Numbered from the stretch's first letter, positions 34,148-46,678 are shown. The stretch: 57,472 bases of DNA from Myxococcota bacterium (GCA_041611735.1 JBFIML010000027.1:1-57472), one strand, 5' to 3'. Notes: generated by a model not told the origin, from the sequence alone. Numbers and translations: made by a program.

Positions 34148-36574
34148 TTGCCCCGAACCAGGAGCCGACGCCCCGTGCGCCGCGCGCCCGGCGAGCGCCA
34201 CGAGCCGCCCGCCGGGCGTTCCCGCACGCTGCGCCGGCTCGCCCTCACACTCCTTGCTGTCTCCTTTGCAGGAGGCGTGTGGACCAGCCAGCGGGTGGTG
34301 GAGCTCGACCGCATCGTGGTGGCCCGCTTCGAGGGGCGGCGTTTCCGCGTCCCCTCCCGGGTCTACTCGGCGCCGGCCATCCTCTACCCGGGGCTCGACA
34401 CCGAGCAGGGCGGGCTGCGCCAGGCCTTCGACCGCCTGGGCTACCGCAGCGAGCCGGCTGGGCGGTCTCCCGCGCCGGGCGGCTACGTCTGGGGCCAGGG
34501 GCGCGTGCGGGTCCACCTGCGGGCCTTCGAGCATCCCACCCGGCCGGAGCCCAGCCGCGACATCGAGCTTCGCCTGGCGGCCGGGCGCATCGATTCGATC
34601 CGGGAGGCGGCCAGCGGCCGCGAGCTCGGGGCGGTCCTCCTGGAGCCCGAGCCCGTGGGGTCCTACTACGGCCTGGACCGGGAGCAGCGCGAGCTGGTGC
34701 GACTCGAGCACGTCCCGCCCTCCCTGGTGGCCGCGATCCTCGCCGTGGAGGACCAGCGCTTCGAGGAGCACCCGGGCATCGACTGGCGCCGGATCGCGGG
34801 GGCCTTCTGGGTCAATCTGCGCTCCGGTTCGATCCGCCAGGGCGGAAGCACGCTCACCCAGCAGCTGGTCAAGAACTTCTTCCTGACGCCGGCGCGCACC
34901 GTGCAGCGCAAGCTCCAGGAGGCGGTGATGGCCCTGCTGGTGGAGGCCCGCTACGAGAAGCCCGCCATCCTCGAGAGCTACCTGAACGAGATCTACCTGG
35001 GCCAGCGGGGGGCCACGGCCATCCACGGGGTGGGCGAAGCGGCGCGCTTCTACTTCGGCAAGCCGGTCGGCAAGCTGGGGGTCGCGGAGTCGGCGCTGCT
35101 GGCGGCGATCATCTCGAGCCCCGGCGCGAGCTCGCCGTTCCGAAACCCCGAGCGGGCCCGGGAGCGGCGGGATCTCGTGCTCCAGCTCATGCATCGTCAG
35201 GGGCGCATCGACGACGCCAGCTTCGTCGCTGCCCGGGGTGAGCCGCTGGTGCTGGCGTCCCGGACCCGGGAGCCCCAGGAGGCCCGCTACTTCCTCGATG
35301 CCCTGCGCCGCCAGCTCCCGGAGGTCTACGACGCCGAGGCCTTGACCTCCGAGGGGCTGCGCATCTACTCGACCCTGGACGTACGCCTTCAACAACTGGC
35401 CAACCGGGCCCTGCGCGAGGGGCTCGATGCCCTGGAGAAGCGCCATCCGACCCTGCGGGCCGAGAAGCCGAGCCGACGCCTCCAGGGCTGCCTGGTGGCC
35501 CTGCGGCCCCAGACCGGTGAGGTGGTCGCCCTGGTGGGCGGGCGCGACTACTCGGTCTCCCAGTTCGACCGCTGCACCCAGGCCCGCCGGCCGGCGGGCA
35601 GCGTCTTCAAGCCCATCGTCTACGTGACCGCTCTCGAGCCGCGCTCCGACGGCCCGCCGACCGTGACCCTGGCGAGCCGACTGGACGACGGCCCCCTCAC
35701 CGTGCGCACCCCCGTGGGCGACTGGACTCCCGCCAACTACGACCACGAGTTCCACGGCACGGTCTCGGTGCGGCAAGCGGTGGAGAGCTCGCTCAACGTG
35801 GCCACCGCCCGCCTGGGTCAACAGGTTGGAATCGCCCGGATCGTCCAGATGGCGCGTCGGCTCGGCATCGAGAGCCCGCTCCCGGAGGTGCCGAGCCTCG
35901 CCATCGGCAGCGCGGACCTGACCCCGATCGAGCTGGCCCGCGCCTACGCCACCCTGGCCAACGGCGGCGTACGCCCGGAGATCCGCACCTTCGAGGATGC
36001 GGTGGACGCGGAGCGCGGCACCCTGGAGCGTCGCACGATTGCCTTCCAGCGCGTGCTCGACCCGGGCGTCGCCTACCTGGCCGCGTCGCTGCTCGAGGGG
36101 GTCGTGGACCGGGGGACGGCCCGGGCCGTGCGGGCCGCCGGCCTCACGGGGCCGGTCGCTGCCAAGACTGGAACCAGCGACGAGGAGCGCGACGCCTGGT
36201 TCGTCGGCTTCACTCCGGAGCTCGTGGCGGCGGTCTGGGTGGGCTTCGACGAGCCGCGCAGTCTGCGCCTGCCGGCCAGTCAGGTGGCGCTACCGATCTG
36301 GCTGCGCTTCGCCAAGGAGGCCACGGGTGGCCGGGTGCGCGGCGCCTTCGTCCCGCCCCCCAACGTGGCGCGTGCCGACGTGGACCCCCAGACGGGGGCC
36401 CTCGCCCTGCGCGGCTGCCCGGAACGGGAGGCCGAGTTCTTCGTGCGCGGAACCGAGCCGATCGAGACCTGTCCCGAGGGAGGCGCCTTCGCCCACGACG
36501 GCGACCAGGGACCCCTCGGGCCCGGCGGTCTGATCGACCGGCTGTTCGATCGCTGGCTGCGGGACGTCTTGTGA
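34148..36574 (+). CDS. mrcB: Class A penicillin-binding protein 1B (UB2H + transglycosylase + transpeptidase)
   Basis: EDQRF, QGGSTLTQQLVKN, RKLQE, SVFK, SLN, KTG; TTG start after SD GGAGG. Confidence 0.92.
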   Translation: MPRTRSRRPVRRAPGERHEPPAGRSRTLRRLALTLLAVSFAGGVWTSQRVVELDRIVVARFEGRRFRVPSRVYSAPAILYPGLDTEQGGLRQAFDRLGYRSEPAGRSPAPGGYVWGQGRVRVHLRAFEHPTRPEPSRDIELRLAAGRIDSIREAASGRELGAVLLEPEPVGSYYGLDREQRELVRLEHVPPSLVAAILAVEDQRFEEHPGIDWRRIAGAFWVNLRSGSIRQGGSTLTQQLVKNFFLTPARTVQRKLQEAVMALLVEARYEKPAILESYLNEIYLGQRGATAIHGVGEAARFYFGKPVGKLGVAESALLAAIISSPGASSPFRNPERARERRDLVLQLMHRQGRIDDASFVAARGEPLVLASRTREPQEARYFLDALRRQLPEVYDAEALTSEGLRIYSTLDVRLQQLANRALREGLDALEKRHPTLRAEKPSRRLQGCLVALRPQTGEVVALVGGRDYSVSQFDRCTQARRPAGSVFKPIVYVTALEPRSDGPPTVTLASRLDDGPLTVRTPVGDWTPANYDHEFHGTVSVRQAVESSLNVATARLGQQVGIARIVQMARRLGIESPLPEVPSLAIGSADLTPIELARAYATLANGGVRPEIRTFEDAVDAERGTLERRTIAFQRVLDPGVAYLAASLLEGVVDRGTARAVRAAGLTGPVAAKTGTSDEERDAWFVGFTPELVAAVWVGFDEPRSLRLPASQVALPIWLRFAKEATGGRVRGAFVPPPNVARADVDPQTGALALRGCPEREAEFFVRGTEPIETCPEGGAFAHDGDQGPLGPGGLIDRLFDRWLRDVL

Positions 36575-37098
36575 GCGGAACTCGTCGCCCGGCCAGCGCT
36601 GCCCTCCTGCTGGCGGCCCTCGCCCTGGCGGCGGCCTGTGCCTTGCCCGGCCTGGGCCCGCCGGGGGGGGCGGGCGAGACGTTCCGACTGAGCAGCGTGG
36701 CCGGGGAGGGAGACGCGCGACAGCGCGCCTCGACCCGGCTCGTCCTCGACGGCCTCGCAGCCGATGCGGCACTGCGTCCCGACGCCGCAGTGGTCCTCTA
36801 CGAGAGGGCGTTGCAGCTCGATCCCACCAACCCGTGGGCCTTCCTGGCCCTGGCCCGCCATCGCGTGGAGGGACCCACCCCGCGGGCGGCACTTCCCGCC
36901 CTGGATCAGGCCGAGGCGATGCTACGAAGTCGCGGCGAGCTGGCCCCGGGGGTGGAGGCACATCTGCTGGGGCTGCGCGGCTCCGTGCTCCTCACCGACG
37001 AGCGTCGGGACGAGGCCTTGCCGTTGCTGCGTCGCGCTCGGGAGCTTTCCCCCTCGATCTGGAGCGACGCCCGACTCGAGGCCGAAGAGCTGCGTTAG
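36571..37098 (+). CDS. TPR lipoprotein (LpoP-like candidate)
   Basis: Lipobox LAAAC, TPR YERALQLDPTNPWAFLALA; GTGA overlap with PBP1B. Confidence 0.75.
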   Translation: MSGTRRPASAALLLAALALAAACALPGLGPPGGAGETFRLSSVAGEGDARQRASTRLVLDGLAADAALRPDAAVVLYERALQLDPTNPWAFLALARHRVEGPTPRAALPALDQAEAMLRSRGELAPGVEAHLLGLRGSVLLTDERRDEALPLLRRARELSPSIWSDARLEAEELR

Positions 37099-37134
37099 CC
37101 CGCCCCGAGGGCGTGTGATAGCTTGCCCCGCTCC

Positions 37135-37653
37135 ATGACGCCGAAGCTGAAGGTTTTTCTCGGGGCGTTGCTGGTGAGCCTGCCGCTCGACCAGGTCACC
37201 AAGCTCTGGGTCGATTCCTCCCTCACGTACGCCGACCGCATCCCCGTGATCGATGGCTTCTTCTACATCACCCACGTGCGCAATCCCGGAGCCGCCTTCG
37301 GTCTGTTCACCTCGAGCCCCGCGGAGCTGCGCCTCTTCTTCTTCATCGGCGTCTCTCTGGTGGCGATCGGCCTCATCTTTTCGTTCTTCCGTCGCCTGGC
37401 CCCGGGGGATCGTCTGTCCGCCTTGGCGCTGGGATTGATCCTCGGGGGAGCGGTCGGCAACTTGATCGACCGCGTGCGTCTCGGTGAAGTCGTGGACTTC
37501 CTCCACTTCCGTCTCTGGAGCGGCTACTCCTGGCCGGACTTCAACCTGGCCGACAGTTTCATCGTCGTGGGTGTCGCACTGCTGGTGATCGAGCTGCTGG
37601 CCAGCGAGGGCGAGAGTCGCGCTGACCCCGCGGGTGCCAAGCCCGGCGCGTGA
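37135..37653 (+). CDS. lspA: Lipoprotein signal peptidase II
   Basis: LDQVTK, NPGAAFG, GGAVGNLIDR, VVDF, FNLAD; extended -10 TGATAGCTT at 37116-37124. Confidence 0.96.
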   Translation: MTPKLKVFLGALLVSLPLDQVTKLWVDSSLTYADRIPVIDGFFYITHVRNPGAAFGLFTSSPAELRLFFFIGVSLVAIGLIFSFFRRLAPGDRLSALALGLILGGAVGNLIDRVRLGEVVDFLHFRLWSGYSWPDFNLADSFIVVGVALLVIELLASEGESRADPAGAKPGA

Positions 37654-37893
37654 AGGGCACGATCACCCTCCGACGGGTGCCCTGGCGCCTCAGGGCAATT
37701 GCCGAAAACTAAGGCGTTCCCCGAATCAGTCTCCGGACCCATTGCGAGACGTCCACGGTCTCCCTCGGTAGATTGCGTGCAAGAGCTTCGTCAACTGCTT
37801 GACACGAAAAACTTTCGGAGATAGGAAAGAGGACTCGGACGGAGTTCTTCGTCGGGAACGCAATCGAGCCGACGGAAGAGCGAGCCCACCAAG

Positions 37894-38691
37894 ATGCGAC
37901 GTGCCAAGAGTGAGTACGCGATCCAGACCGTGACCAACGCGCTTCGTCTGCTCGAGGCCTTCGAGGCAGGCGAAGAGTTCGGCGTGACCGAGCTGTCGCG
38001 GCGGCTCGGTCTGCACAAGAACAATGTCTTCCGTCTGCTCGCGACCCTCGAGCAGAAGGGCTACGTGGCCCGGAGTCCCCGCAGCGACCGCTATCGCCTC
38101 GGCCCGAGCTGCCTCGGGGTCGGCCAGTCCTTCGCCCGCAGCCACGAGCTCGTCCAGCGGGCTCGGCACGTGTTGGATGCCCTGGCGGAACGGACCGGGG
38201 AGTCGGCCCACCTGGGTGTGCTGCGGGAGTTCGAGGTGATCCACCTGACGGGTGTCCAGTCGCCCCGCCTGGTGATGACGGGGGTGCGCGTCGGCCTGCG
38301 TCTGCCCGTCCATTGCACGGCCCTCGGCAAGGTGCTGATCGCCTGTGCCCCTCCCGGCATCCAGCGGGCCTACGACCTGCAGGCGAGCCGGGAGGGGGCC
38401 CTCGAGGCGCGCACCCCGGCGACCATCGTGGACCGGGACAAACTCCTGGAGCACCTGCGGGCCGTGGCGGCCCGGGGCTGGGCCCTGGACGTGGACGAGT
38501 GCGAGGTCGGCCTCTCGTGTGTGGCCGCGCCGGTCTTCGACGCCGAGGGGTCCGTGCTGGCGGCCCTCTCCGTGTCGGGTCCCACGTTCCGCCTGGAGCC
38601 CACGCTCCTCGAGTCGACCCTGTCTCTTCAGGTCCTCGCCGCCGCCGCCCGCCTCTCCCGCGACCTCGGCCACGGGAACGTTGTCGACTGA
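37894..38691 (+). CDS. IclR family transcriptional regulator
   Basis: GVTELSRRLGLHKNNVFRLLATL, HCTALGK, CVAAPVF. Confidence 0.93.
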   Translation: MRRAKSEYAIQTVTNALRLLEAFEAGEEFGVTELSRRLGLHKNNVFRLLATLEQKGYVARSPRSDRYRLGPSCLGVGQSFARSHELVQRARHVLDALAERTGESAHLGVLREFEVIHLTGVQSPRLVMTGVRVGLRLPVHCTALGKVLIACAPPGIQRAYDLQASREGALEARTPATIVDRDKLLEHLRAVAARGWALDVDECEVGLSCVAAPVFDAEGSVLAALSVSGPTFRLEPTLLESTLSLQVLAAAARLSRDLGHGNVVD

Positions 38692-38861
38692 TTGACGCTT
38701 CGCTCGAAGGGCCGCGCCCCCGCGACGCCCCCAGGAGCAGTCAACTAGTCAAGGACGTCCCCCACTGCTACCTTCCCTTCACTGCAAGTCTTCGTTTTCG
38801 CTTGGAGAATGACTGAGGGTCGGGTTTTGGATTCCGGTCCCCCGCGCGGAGGTCACCCCTG

Positions 38862-40001
38862 ATGGAATTCTCCCTGAGCGACGATCAGCTGGCCCTCCAG
38901 GAGACCGCCCGCCGCTTCGCCCAGCAGGAGATCGCCCCGGTGGCGGCGGAGTACGACCAGAGTGGGACCTTCCCCCGGGACATCATCAAGAAGGCCTGGG
39001 AGCTCGGGCTGGTCTCCACCTGCGTGCCCGAGACGTACGGCGGGGTCGGCCTCGGGTTGCTGGAGAGCTGCCTCGCGGTCGAGGAGCTCGCCTGGGGCTG
39101 CTCCGGCTTCACCACCTCCATCATGTGCAACGACCTCGGCCTGATGCCCATCGTGCTGGCCGGCAACGATGCCCAGAAGAAGCAGTGGCTCACCCCCTGC
39201 ACCCAGGACTTCAAGCTGGTCTCCTTCTGCCTGTCCGAGCCCGAGGCGGGGTCCGACGTGGCGGGCCTCCAGCTGCTGGCCGAGAAGGACGGCGACGACT
39301 ACGTGCTGAACGGCACCAAGTGCTGGATCACGAACGGGGGCGAGGCGGACCTCTACACGGTCTTCGCCACCCTGGACCGCAGCAGCCGCCACCTGGGGAT
39401 CTGCGCCTTCGTGGTCCCCCGCGACGCGCAGGGCCTCAAGCCGGGCAAGAAGGAGGACAAGATGGGCCAGCGGGCCAGCGACACCCGCCTGGTCCACTTC
39501 GACAACGTGCGCGTGCCGGCCGCCCAGCGCCTGGGGGCCGAGGGCGAGGGGTTCAAGATCGCCATGCGCACCCTCGACGCCACCCGCCCCGTGATCGGGG
39601 CCCTGGCGGTGGGGATCGCCCGCCGGGCCCTGGACGAGTGCCTGGCCTACGCCCGGGAACGCAAGGCCTTCGGCTTCCCGATCGCCGGCTTCCAGGCGAT
39701 CCAGTTCATGCTGGCCGACATGGCCAAGGACCTGGACGCCGCACGTCTGCTCACCTGGCAGAGCGCCTGGATGGTGGACCAGGGCCTGCGGGCGTCCAAG
39801 CAGTCCTCCTTCGCCAAGTGCTTCGCCACCGATGCCGCCATGCGCATCACCACGGACGCCGTCCAGGTCTTCGGCGGAAACGGCTACACCCGGGAATACC
39901 CGGTCGAGAAGCTGATGCGGGACGCCAAGCTGATGCAGATCTACGAGGGAACCAACCAGATCCAGCGCCTGGTGATCGCCCGGGAGCTGCTGAAGGAGTA
40001 G
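38862..40001 (+). CDS. Acyl-CoA dehydrogenase
   Basis: [31 protein letters not shown]. Confidence 0.96.
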   Translation: MEFSLSDDQLALQETARRFAQQEIAPVAAEYDQSGTFPRDIIKKAWELGLVSTCVPETYGGVGLGLLESCLAVEELAWGCSGFTTSIMCNDLGLMPIVLAGNDAQKKQWLTPCTQDFKLVSFCLSEPEAGSDVAGLQLLAEKDGDDYVLNGTKCWITNGGEADLYTVFATLDRSSRHLGICAFVVPRDAQGLKPGKKEDKMGQRASDTRLVHFDNVRVPAAQRLGAEGEGFKIAMRTLDATRPVIGALAVGIARRALDECLAYARERKAFGFPIAGFQAIQFMLADMAKDLDAARLLTWQSAWMVDQGLRASKQSSFAKCFATDAAMRITTDAVQVFGGNGYTREYPVEKLMRDAKLMQIYEGTNQIQRLVIARELLKE

Positions 40002-40179
40002 CGGGGTGCGGGGCGCCCGGAGCGAGTCGGGCCAGCCCGCGCCGGACACCCTCCCGGCGCCGCAACCTCCCGGAACGGCGACCGAAACCCGTTCGACATC
40101 CCCCGAGGTGATCTGGTAGACTGCCGCGTTCCGATCGGCAGCCGGGGTCGGGGCCCGCCGGACACGAGGACGCGTTGCC

Positions 40180-41466
<1,287 letters not shown>

Positions 41467-41485
41467 CCTCCGGGGACCGCTTGCC

Positions 41486-43036
41486 ATGTCGGTCGAGGAG
41501 AAGATCAAGCGCCTGGAGGAGCTCAACGCCCGAGCCGAGCTGGGCGGCGGCCAGGTGCGCATCGATCGCCAGCACGAGGCCGGCAAGCTCACGGCCCGCG
41601 AACGTCTGGAGCTGCTCCTCGATCCGGGCACGTTCGCCGAAACCGACCGCTTCGTGGTGCACCGCTGCACCGACTTCGGGATGGACGAGACGAAGATCCC
41701 GGGCGACGGTGTGGTGACGGGCCACGGAAGGATCGACGGCCGGCAGGTCTTCGTCTTCGCCCAGGACTTCACGGTCTTCGGGGGCAGCCTCTCCGGGGCC
41801 TTCGCCGAGAAGATCTGCAAGATCATGGACCTGGCCGCCAAGGTGGGCGCGCCGGTGATCGGGCTCAACGACGGCGCCGGCGCCCGCATCCAGGAGGGTG
41901 TCGTCTCGCTGGGTGGCTACGGCGACGTCTTCCTGCGCAACGTGCTCTCCTCCGGGGTGATCCCGCAGATCTCGGCCATCATGGGCCCGTGTGCGGGCGG
42001 CGCTGTCTACTCCCCGGCCATGACCGACTTCATCATCATGGTGAAGAACAGCAGCAACATGTTCATCACCGGGCCGGACGTGATCAAGACCGTGACCCAC
42101 GAGGACGTGTCGGCCGAGGAGCTGGGCGGGGCGGTGGCCCACGCCAGCCGGAGCGGCGTGGCGGACTTCGCAGTGGGCAGCGAAGAAGAGTGCATCCAGG
42201 TGATCCGCGCGCTGCTCTCCTTCGTTCCCCAGAACAACCTGGAGGACCCGCCCTTCGTCCCGACGGACGACGACCCGAATCGCATGGACCCCCGCCTGCG
42301 GACCCTCGTGCCGGACAACCCGAACAAGCCCTACGACATCAAGGAGCTGATCCGGCTGGTCGTGGACGACGGCAACTTCCTGGAGGTCCATCCCCTCTAC
42401 GGCAAGAACCTCGTGGTGGGCTTCGCACGCTTCGGGGGGCGCTCGGTGGGGATCGTGGCCAACCAGCCCGCCCACCTGGCCGGTGTGCTCGACATCGACG
42501 CCTCGCGCAAGGGTGGCCGCTTCGTGCGCTTCTGCGACGCCTTCAACCTCCCGATCATCACCTTCGTGGACGTGCCGGGCTTCCTGCCCGGCGTGGCCCA
42601 GGAGCACGGCGGAATCATCACTCACGGCTCGAAGCTGCTCTACGCCTTCTGCGAGGCCACCGTGCCCCGCATCACCGTGATCACGCGCAAGGCCTACGGC
42701 GGGGCCTACGTGGTCATGAGCAGCAAGCACACCCGGGCGGACGTCAACCTGGCGTACCCCACCGCCGAGATCGCCGTGATGGGGCCCGAGGGCGCCGTGA
42801 ACATCGTCTTCCGCAAGGAGCTGGCGGACACCGACGATCCCGCCGCCCGCAAGGACGAGCTGGTGGCCGACTATCGGGAGACCTTCGCCAACCCCTTCAA
42901 GGCGGCGGAGCTCGGATACATCGACGAGGTAATCAAGCCCGAGGAGACGCGCCCCAAGATCATCCGCGCCCTCGAGATGCTGGCCACCAAGCGCGATAGC
43001 AACCCGCCGAAGAAGCATGGGAACATCCCGCTCTGA
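41486..43036 (+). CDS. pccB: Acyl-CoA (propionyl-CoA) carboxylase carboxyltransferase subunit
   Basis: [34 protein letters not shown]. Confidence 0.93.
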   Translation: MSVEEKIKRLEELNARAELGGGQVRIDRQHEAGKLTARERLELLLDPGTFAETDRFVVHRCTDFGMDETKIPGDGVVTGHGRIDGRQVFVFAQDFTVFGGSLSGAFAEKICKIMDLAAKVGAPVIGLNDGAGARIQEGVVSLGGYGDVFLRNVLSSGVIPQISAIMGPCAGGAVYSPAMTDFIIMVKNSSNMFITGPDVIKTVTHEDVSAEELGGAVAHASRSGVADFAVGSEEECIQVIRALLSFVPQNNLEDPPFVPTDDDPNRMDPRLRTLVPDNPNKPYDIKELIRLVVDDGNFLEVHPLYGKNLVVGFARFGGRSVGIVANQPAHLAGVLDIDASRKGGRFVRFCDAFNLPIITFVDVPGFLPGVAQEHGGIITHGSKLLYAFCEATVPRITVITRKAYGGAYVVMSSKHTRADVNLAYPTAEIAVMGPEGAVNIVFRKELADTDDPAARKDELVADYRETFANPFKAAELGYIDEVIKPEETRPKIIRALEMLATKRDSNPPKKHGNIPL

Positions 43037-43058
43037 CGGCGGGGCGGGGGGCGCCCGC

Positions 43059-44594
43059 ATGTTCCGCAAGGTCCTGATCGCCAATCGTGGCGAGATCGCG
43101 GTGCGCGTGATCCGCGCCTGCCGCGAGATGGGCGTGAAGACGGTTGCGATCTACTCCGACGTGGATCGCAATGCGCTTCACGTCCGATTTGCCGACGAAG
43201 CCCATCATTGTGGCCCTCCGCCGGCCCGCGAATCCTATCTCGTGATCGACCGCATCCTGGAGATCGCCCGCAAGGCGGGCGCCGACGCCGTGCACCCGGG
43301 CTACGGGTTCCTGGCGGAGAACGGCGACTTCGTGGACCGCTGCGAGAAGGAGGGCCTGAGGTTCATCGGTCCGAGCGGGGACGTGATGCGCGCCATGGGC
43401 GACAAGGTGACCGCCCGCCAGGCCATGGAGAAGGCCGGCGTCCCGATCGTGCCGGGCACCACCGAGCGCCTCTCGGACGAAGCCATCACGCGCTGGATCC
43501 GCGAAGTGGGGCCGCCGGTCATGGTGAAGGCGACCGCCGGCGGCGGCGGCAAGGGCATGCGTCTGGTCCGGAGCGAGGCGGAGATCGAGCGCGCCGTGGC
43601 GCGCGCACGCAGCGAGGCGCGCTCCTCGTTCGGCGACGACGGCCTCTACGTGGAGAAGTTCATCGAGCAGCCGCGTCACATCGAGATCCAGGTCCTGGCG
43701 GACTGCCACGGCAACGTGATCCATCTCTTCGAGCGCGAGTGCTCGATCCAGCGCCGGCACCAGAAGGTGATCGAGGAGGCGCCGGCCAACGGGATGACCC
43801 CGGCCTTGCGCGCCAAGATGGGTGAAGCGGCAGTGGCTGCGGCTCGCGCGGTCGACTACGTGGGCGCAGGCACCATCGAGTTCCTGGTGGATGCCAAGGG
43901 CCACTTCTACTTCCTCGAGATGAATACGCGCGTCCAGGTGGAGCATCCGATCACCGAGGCGATCACGGGCGTCGACATCGTGAAGGCCATGATCCGGGCG
44001 GCGGCCGGCCAGCCGCTCGGGATCCGCCAGGAGGAGGTGGCGATCCACGGTCACGCCATCGAGGCGCGCATCTACGCCGAGGATCCGGACAAGGACTTCG
44101 CGCCCTCGCCGGGGAAGGTGCTGGTCTACCGCCCGGCCGACGGCTTCGGGATCCGGGTGGACAGCGGCGTCTATCAGGGCGCCAGCGTGAGCGTCTTCTA
44201 CGACCCCATGGTCGCCAAGCTCGTGGCCTGGGGACGCGACCGGCCCGAGGCGATCGATCGCCTGAAGCGCGCCCTCGCCGAGTTCGTGGTGAAGGGCATC
44301 AAGACCTCGATTCCCTTCCACCAGAGGGTCGTGCACCACCCGATCTTCGTGGCAGGGCGCTACGACACGGGCTTCATCGACGCCCACATGGCCGGGGGCA
44401 AGGGGGGTCCGCAGCCGGTGGAGGGCGACGAGGCCCGCGAGGCCGAGCGGGTGGCCTTCATGCTGGCGGCCGTGGCCGCCTACCAGCGCGACAAGCGACA
44501 GGCGGAGCGGACCATCAGCGGGCGGAGCGGCGTGGCGCAGAGCCCGTGGAAGAGCTTCGGGCGCCGCTTCGGGATGCGGAGCGGCCTGCGGTGA
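43059..44594 (+). CDS. Biotin carboxylase subunit of acyl-CoA carboxylase
   Basis: ANRGEIA, HPGYGFLAEN, RECSIQRRHQK, EMNTRVQVEH. Confidence 0.95.
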   Translation: MFRKVLIANRGEIAVRVIRACREMGVKTVAIYSDVDRNALHVRFADEAHHCGPPPARESYLVIDRILEIARKAGADAVHPGYGFLAENGDFVDRCEKEGLRFIGPSGDVMRAMGDKVTARQAMEKAGVPIVPGTTERLSDEAITRWIREVGPPVMVKATAGGGGKGMRLVRSEAEIERAVARARSEARSSFGDDGLYVEKFIEQPRHIEIQVLADCHGNVIHLFERECSIQRRHQKVIEEAPANGMTPALRAKMGEAAVAAARAVDYVGAGTIEFLVDAKGHFYFLEMNTRVQVEHPITEAITGVDIVKAMIRAAAGQPLGIRQEEVAIHGHAIEARIYAEDPDKDFAPSPGKVLVYRPADGFGIRVDSGVYQGASVSVFYDPMVAKLVAWGRDRPEAIDRLKRALAEFVVKGIKTSIPFHQRVVHHPIFVAGRYDTGFIDAHMAGGKGGPQPVEGDEAREAERVAFMLAAVAAYQRDKRQAERTISGRSGVAQSPWKSFGRRFGMRSGLR

Positions 44595-45118
44595 ACTACG
44601 AGGTCTCGGAGAAGAAGGGTGCCACCCGCCGGCTGGCCCTGCGCGAGCTCGAAGAGGGTGTCTACGAGGTCACGATCGGGGAAGAGACGGTCCACGTGGA
44701 CGTGGTCCAGAGCGGGCCCAGCACCTACTCGGTGATCGAGGACGGCAAGCAGTTCGAGGTGATCGTGGACGAGCGGGGCACCCATGGCTTCGACGTCCTC
44801 GTGGCGGGGCGCCTTTTCCATCTGGACGCCGTGGACGAGCGCATCAAGGCCCTGGCCGGCTCCGCCAAGGCCACGGTCACCGGGCCGCAGACGGTCGAGG
44901 CCGAGATGCCGGGCAAGGTGGTGAAGCTCCACGTGGCGGCGGGCCAGCCCGTGCGGGAAGGGCAGGGCGTCGTGGTGGTCGAAGCCATGAAGATGGAGAA
45001 CGAGATCTCCTCGCCCATCGACGGCATCGTGAAGGAGATCCCGGTGTCCGAGGGGCAGACCGTGGAGACCGGCGCCGTGCTCTTCGTGGTGGAGCCTTCG
45101 CCGTCTTCCAAGGCCTGA
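44591..45118 (+). CDS. Biotin carboxyl carrier protein subunit
   Basis: MPGKVV, EAMKMENE biotinylation motif; GTGA overlap. Confidence 0.93.
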   Translation: MNYEVSEKKGATRRLALRELEEGVYEVTIGEETVHVDVVQSGPSTYSVIEDGKQFEVIVDERGTHGFDVLVAGRLFHLDAVDERIKALAGSAKATVTGPQTVEAEMPGKVVKLHVAAGQPVREGQGVVVVEAMKMENEISSPIDGIVKEIPVSEGQTVETGAVLFVVEPSPSSKA

Positions 45119-45127
45119 CGTCGAGCC

Positions 45128-46075
45128 TTGTCCCGTCCCCTCCTCCTCGACACCGACATCGGAAGCGACGTGGACGACGCCCTGGCGCTCGCGCTCGTGC
45201 TGGCCGCGCCCCAGGAGTTCGAGTTGATGGCCGTCACCACCGTGGCGCGTGACACGCGCCTCCGCGCGCGCATCGCCGCGCGTCTCCTGGGGATCGCGGG
45301 TCGACGCGAGGTGGAGGTCTGCGCCGGTGAGCGCGGGGCCCTGCTGCGCGGAGAGGAGCGCTTCGGCTGGTGGGGCCACGAGGAGAAGTGCTTCTCCGAA
45401 GGACCCGACGCGCCCGTCTCGAACGAGCTGGCGCCCGAGCGCATGGTGCGCGCCGCCCGGGAGGTGCCGGGCCTGGAGATCGCGGCCATCGGTCCGCTCA
45501 CCAACGTGGCGCGGGCGCTGGCCCTGGACCCGGACCTGCCACGGCGCGTGGGTGGCCTCACGATCATGGGTGGCCACGTGCGCGAGGTGCGCATCGGCGA
45601 CCACGTCTGCAAGCCCGGGATCGACTACAACCTCTGCTCGGACCCCGAGGCCACCATGGCCGTGCTGGGGGCCGGCTTCCGCACCACGCTCGTACCCGCC
45701 GACGTGACGCTGCGGGTCTGGATGCGCGTGCGCGACCTCGAACGCCTCGAGACGGCGGGCGCCCTGGGTGCCGCCCTCGCACACCAGGTGCGCCTGTGGG
45801 CGTCCGTTCAGCACGAGATCTTCCCGAAGCTCGGCGGCACCCTCGAGCCCGACAACGTGGCCTTCCTGCACGATCCGCTCACGATCCAGGCCCTGATCGA
45901 CGCGACGCCGCTGCGCTTCGAGACGCTCCGCATCGTGCCCACCATCGAGCGCGGCATCCTCCGCACCCTCGAGGTGGACCCCGGCCTCGGGCTCGGGGCG
46001 GAGATGCGCGTGGCCACGGACGTGGACGCGCGGGCCGCCGAGAAGGCGATGCTCGAGCGGATCGGCGCAGGCTAG
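45128..46075 (+). CDS. Nucleoside hydrolase (IUNH family)
   Basis: LDTDIGSDVDD, IGPLTN, DPEA, LHDPL. Confidence 0.92.
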   Translation: MSRPLLLDTDIGSDVDDALALALVLAAPQEFELMAVTTVARDTRLRARIAARLLGIAGRREVEVCAGERGALLRGEERFGWWGHEEKCFSEGPDAPVSNELAPERMVRAAREVPGLEIAAIGPLTNVARALALDPDLPRRVGGLTIMGGHVREVRIGDHVCKPGIDYNLCSDPEATMAVLGAGFRTTLVPADVTLRVWMRVRDLERLETAGALGAALAHQVRLWASVQHEIFPKLGGTLEPDNVAFLHDPLTIQALIDATPLRFETLRIVPTIERGILRTLEVDPGLGLGAEMRVATDVDARAAEKAMLERIGAG

Positions 46076-46490
46076 AGCGCCGGCGGCAGGCCCAGGGGGT
46101 TCCGTACGCCGAGCGGTGCGCACGGCCCGCTGCCCCGCAGAGCGGTGCGGGTGCGAACGCCACTTCCCACCGCCCGCCGGGTCCGCGAGGCGTGCTACGC
46201 GATCCTTTCTTGCTCTTGCCCCACGTCCTCGGGCCGGAGTACCGCAAGGTGCGCGAGAAGTTCCTGGCCCCGGGCGCGCAGGCTGTCGCTGACAGCGACA
46301 GCCATTCACGGTCGAGCTCGAAGCCCTGCAGCAGTGGAGCCTCTCCGCTGAGGATGCCGCAAATACCCGCCAGCCGGCCCTCTCGGTGATCGGTGAGGAA
46401 TCGGGGCGCTTGTTCGAGGACGTCCACTATGACGCGCAGGCGAAAGGAGGTGCACGCGAAGCCGCTCGCCGCCAGGTCACGTGTCTACCA

Positions 46491-46557
46491 GGCATCTCGG
46501 TCGCCACCGATTGCGAGTCCTGCATGCAGTGGCACATCGAGCAGGCGGCGGCGGCGC
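46491..46557 (+). pseudogene. Fragment of a carboxymuconolactone decarboxylase/AhpD-family gene
   Basis: GISVATDCESCMQWHIEQAA (CxxC..H core) without plausible N- or C-terminal context; abuts a half attC. Confidence 0.6.
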
Positions 46558-46563
46558 GGAAGG

Positions 46564-46650
46564 TGGTAGGTTCCTGGCCACGGGGCTCAGGTGGCTCGGC
46601 GCTGGCGGTCGTCGCCCGCGGCGTCCGGCTGAGCGCCCTAGCGGTTGGGC
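46564..46650 (+). repeat. attC site 0 (right half only)
   Basis: GCTGAGC-GCCCTAGCG-GTTGGGC (R' 46644-46650); central TGGTAGGTT; left half missing. Confidence 0.7.
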
Positions 46651-46678
46651 AGCCGATCCGTGCCTGAGAGGTGAGCCG

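Noticed and set aside
45879-46427. Minus-strand ORF as integron integrase
   Set aside because: No tyrosine recombinase R-H-R-Y motifs; overlaps the nucleoside hydrolase; likely spurious
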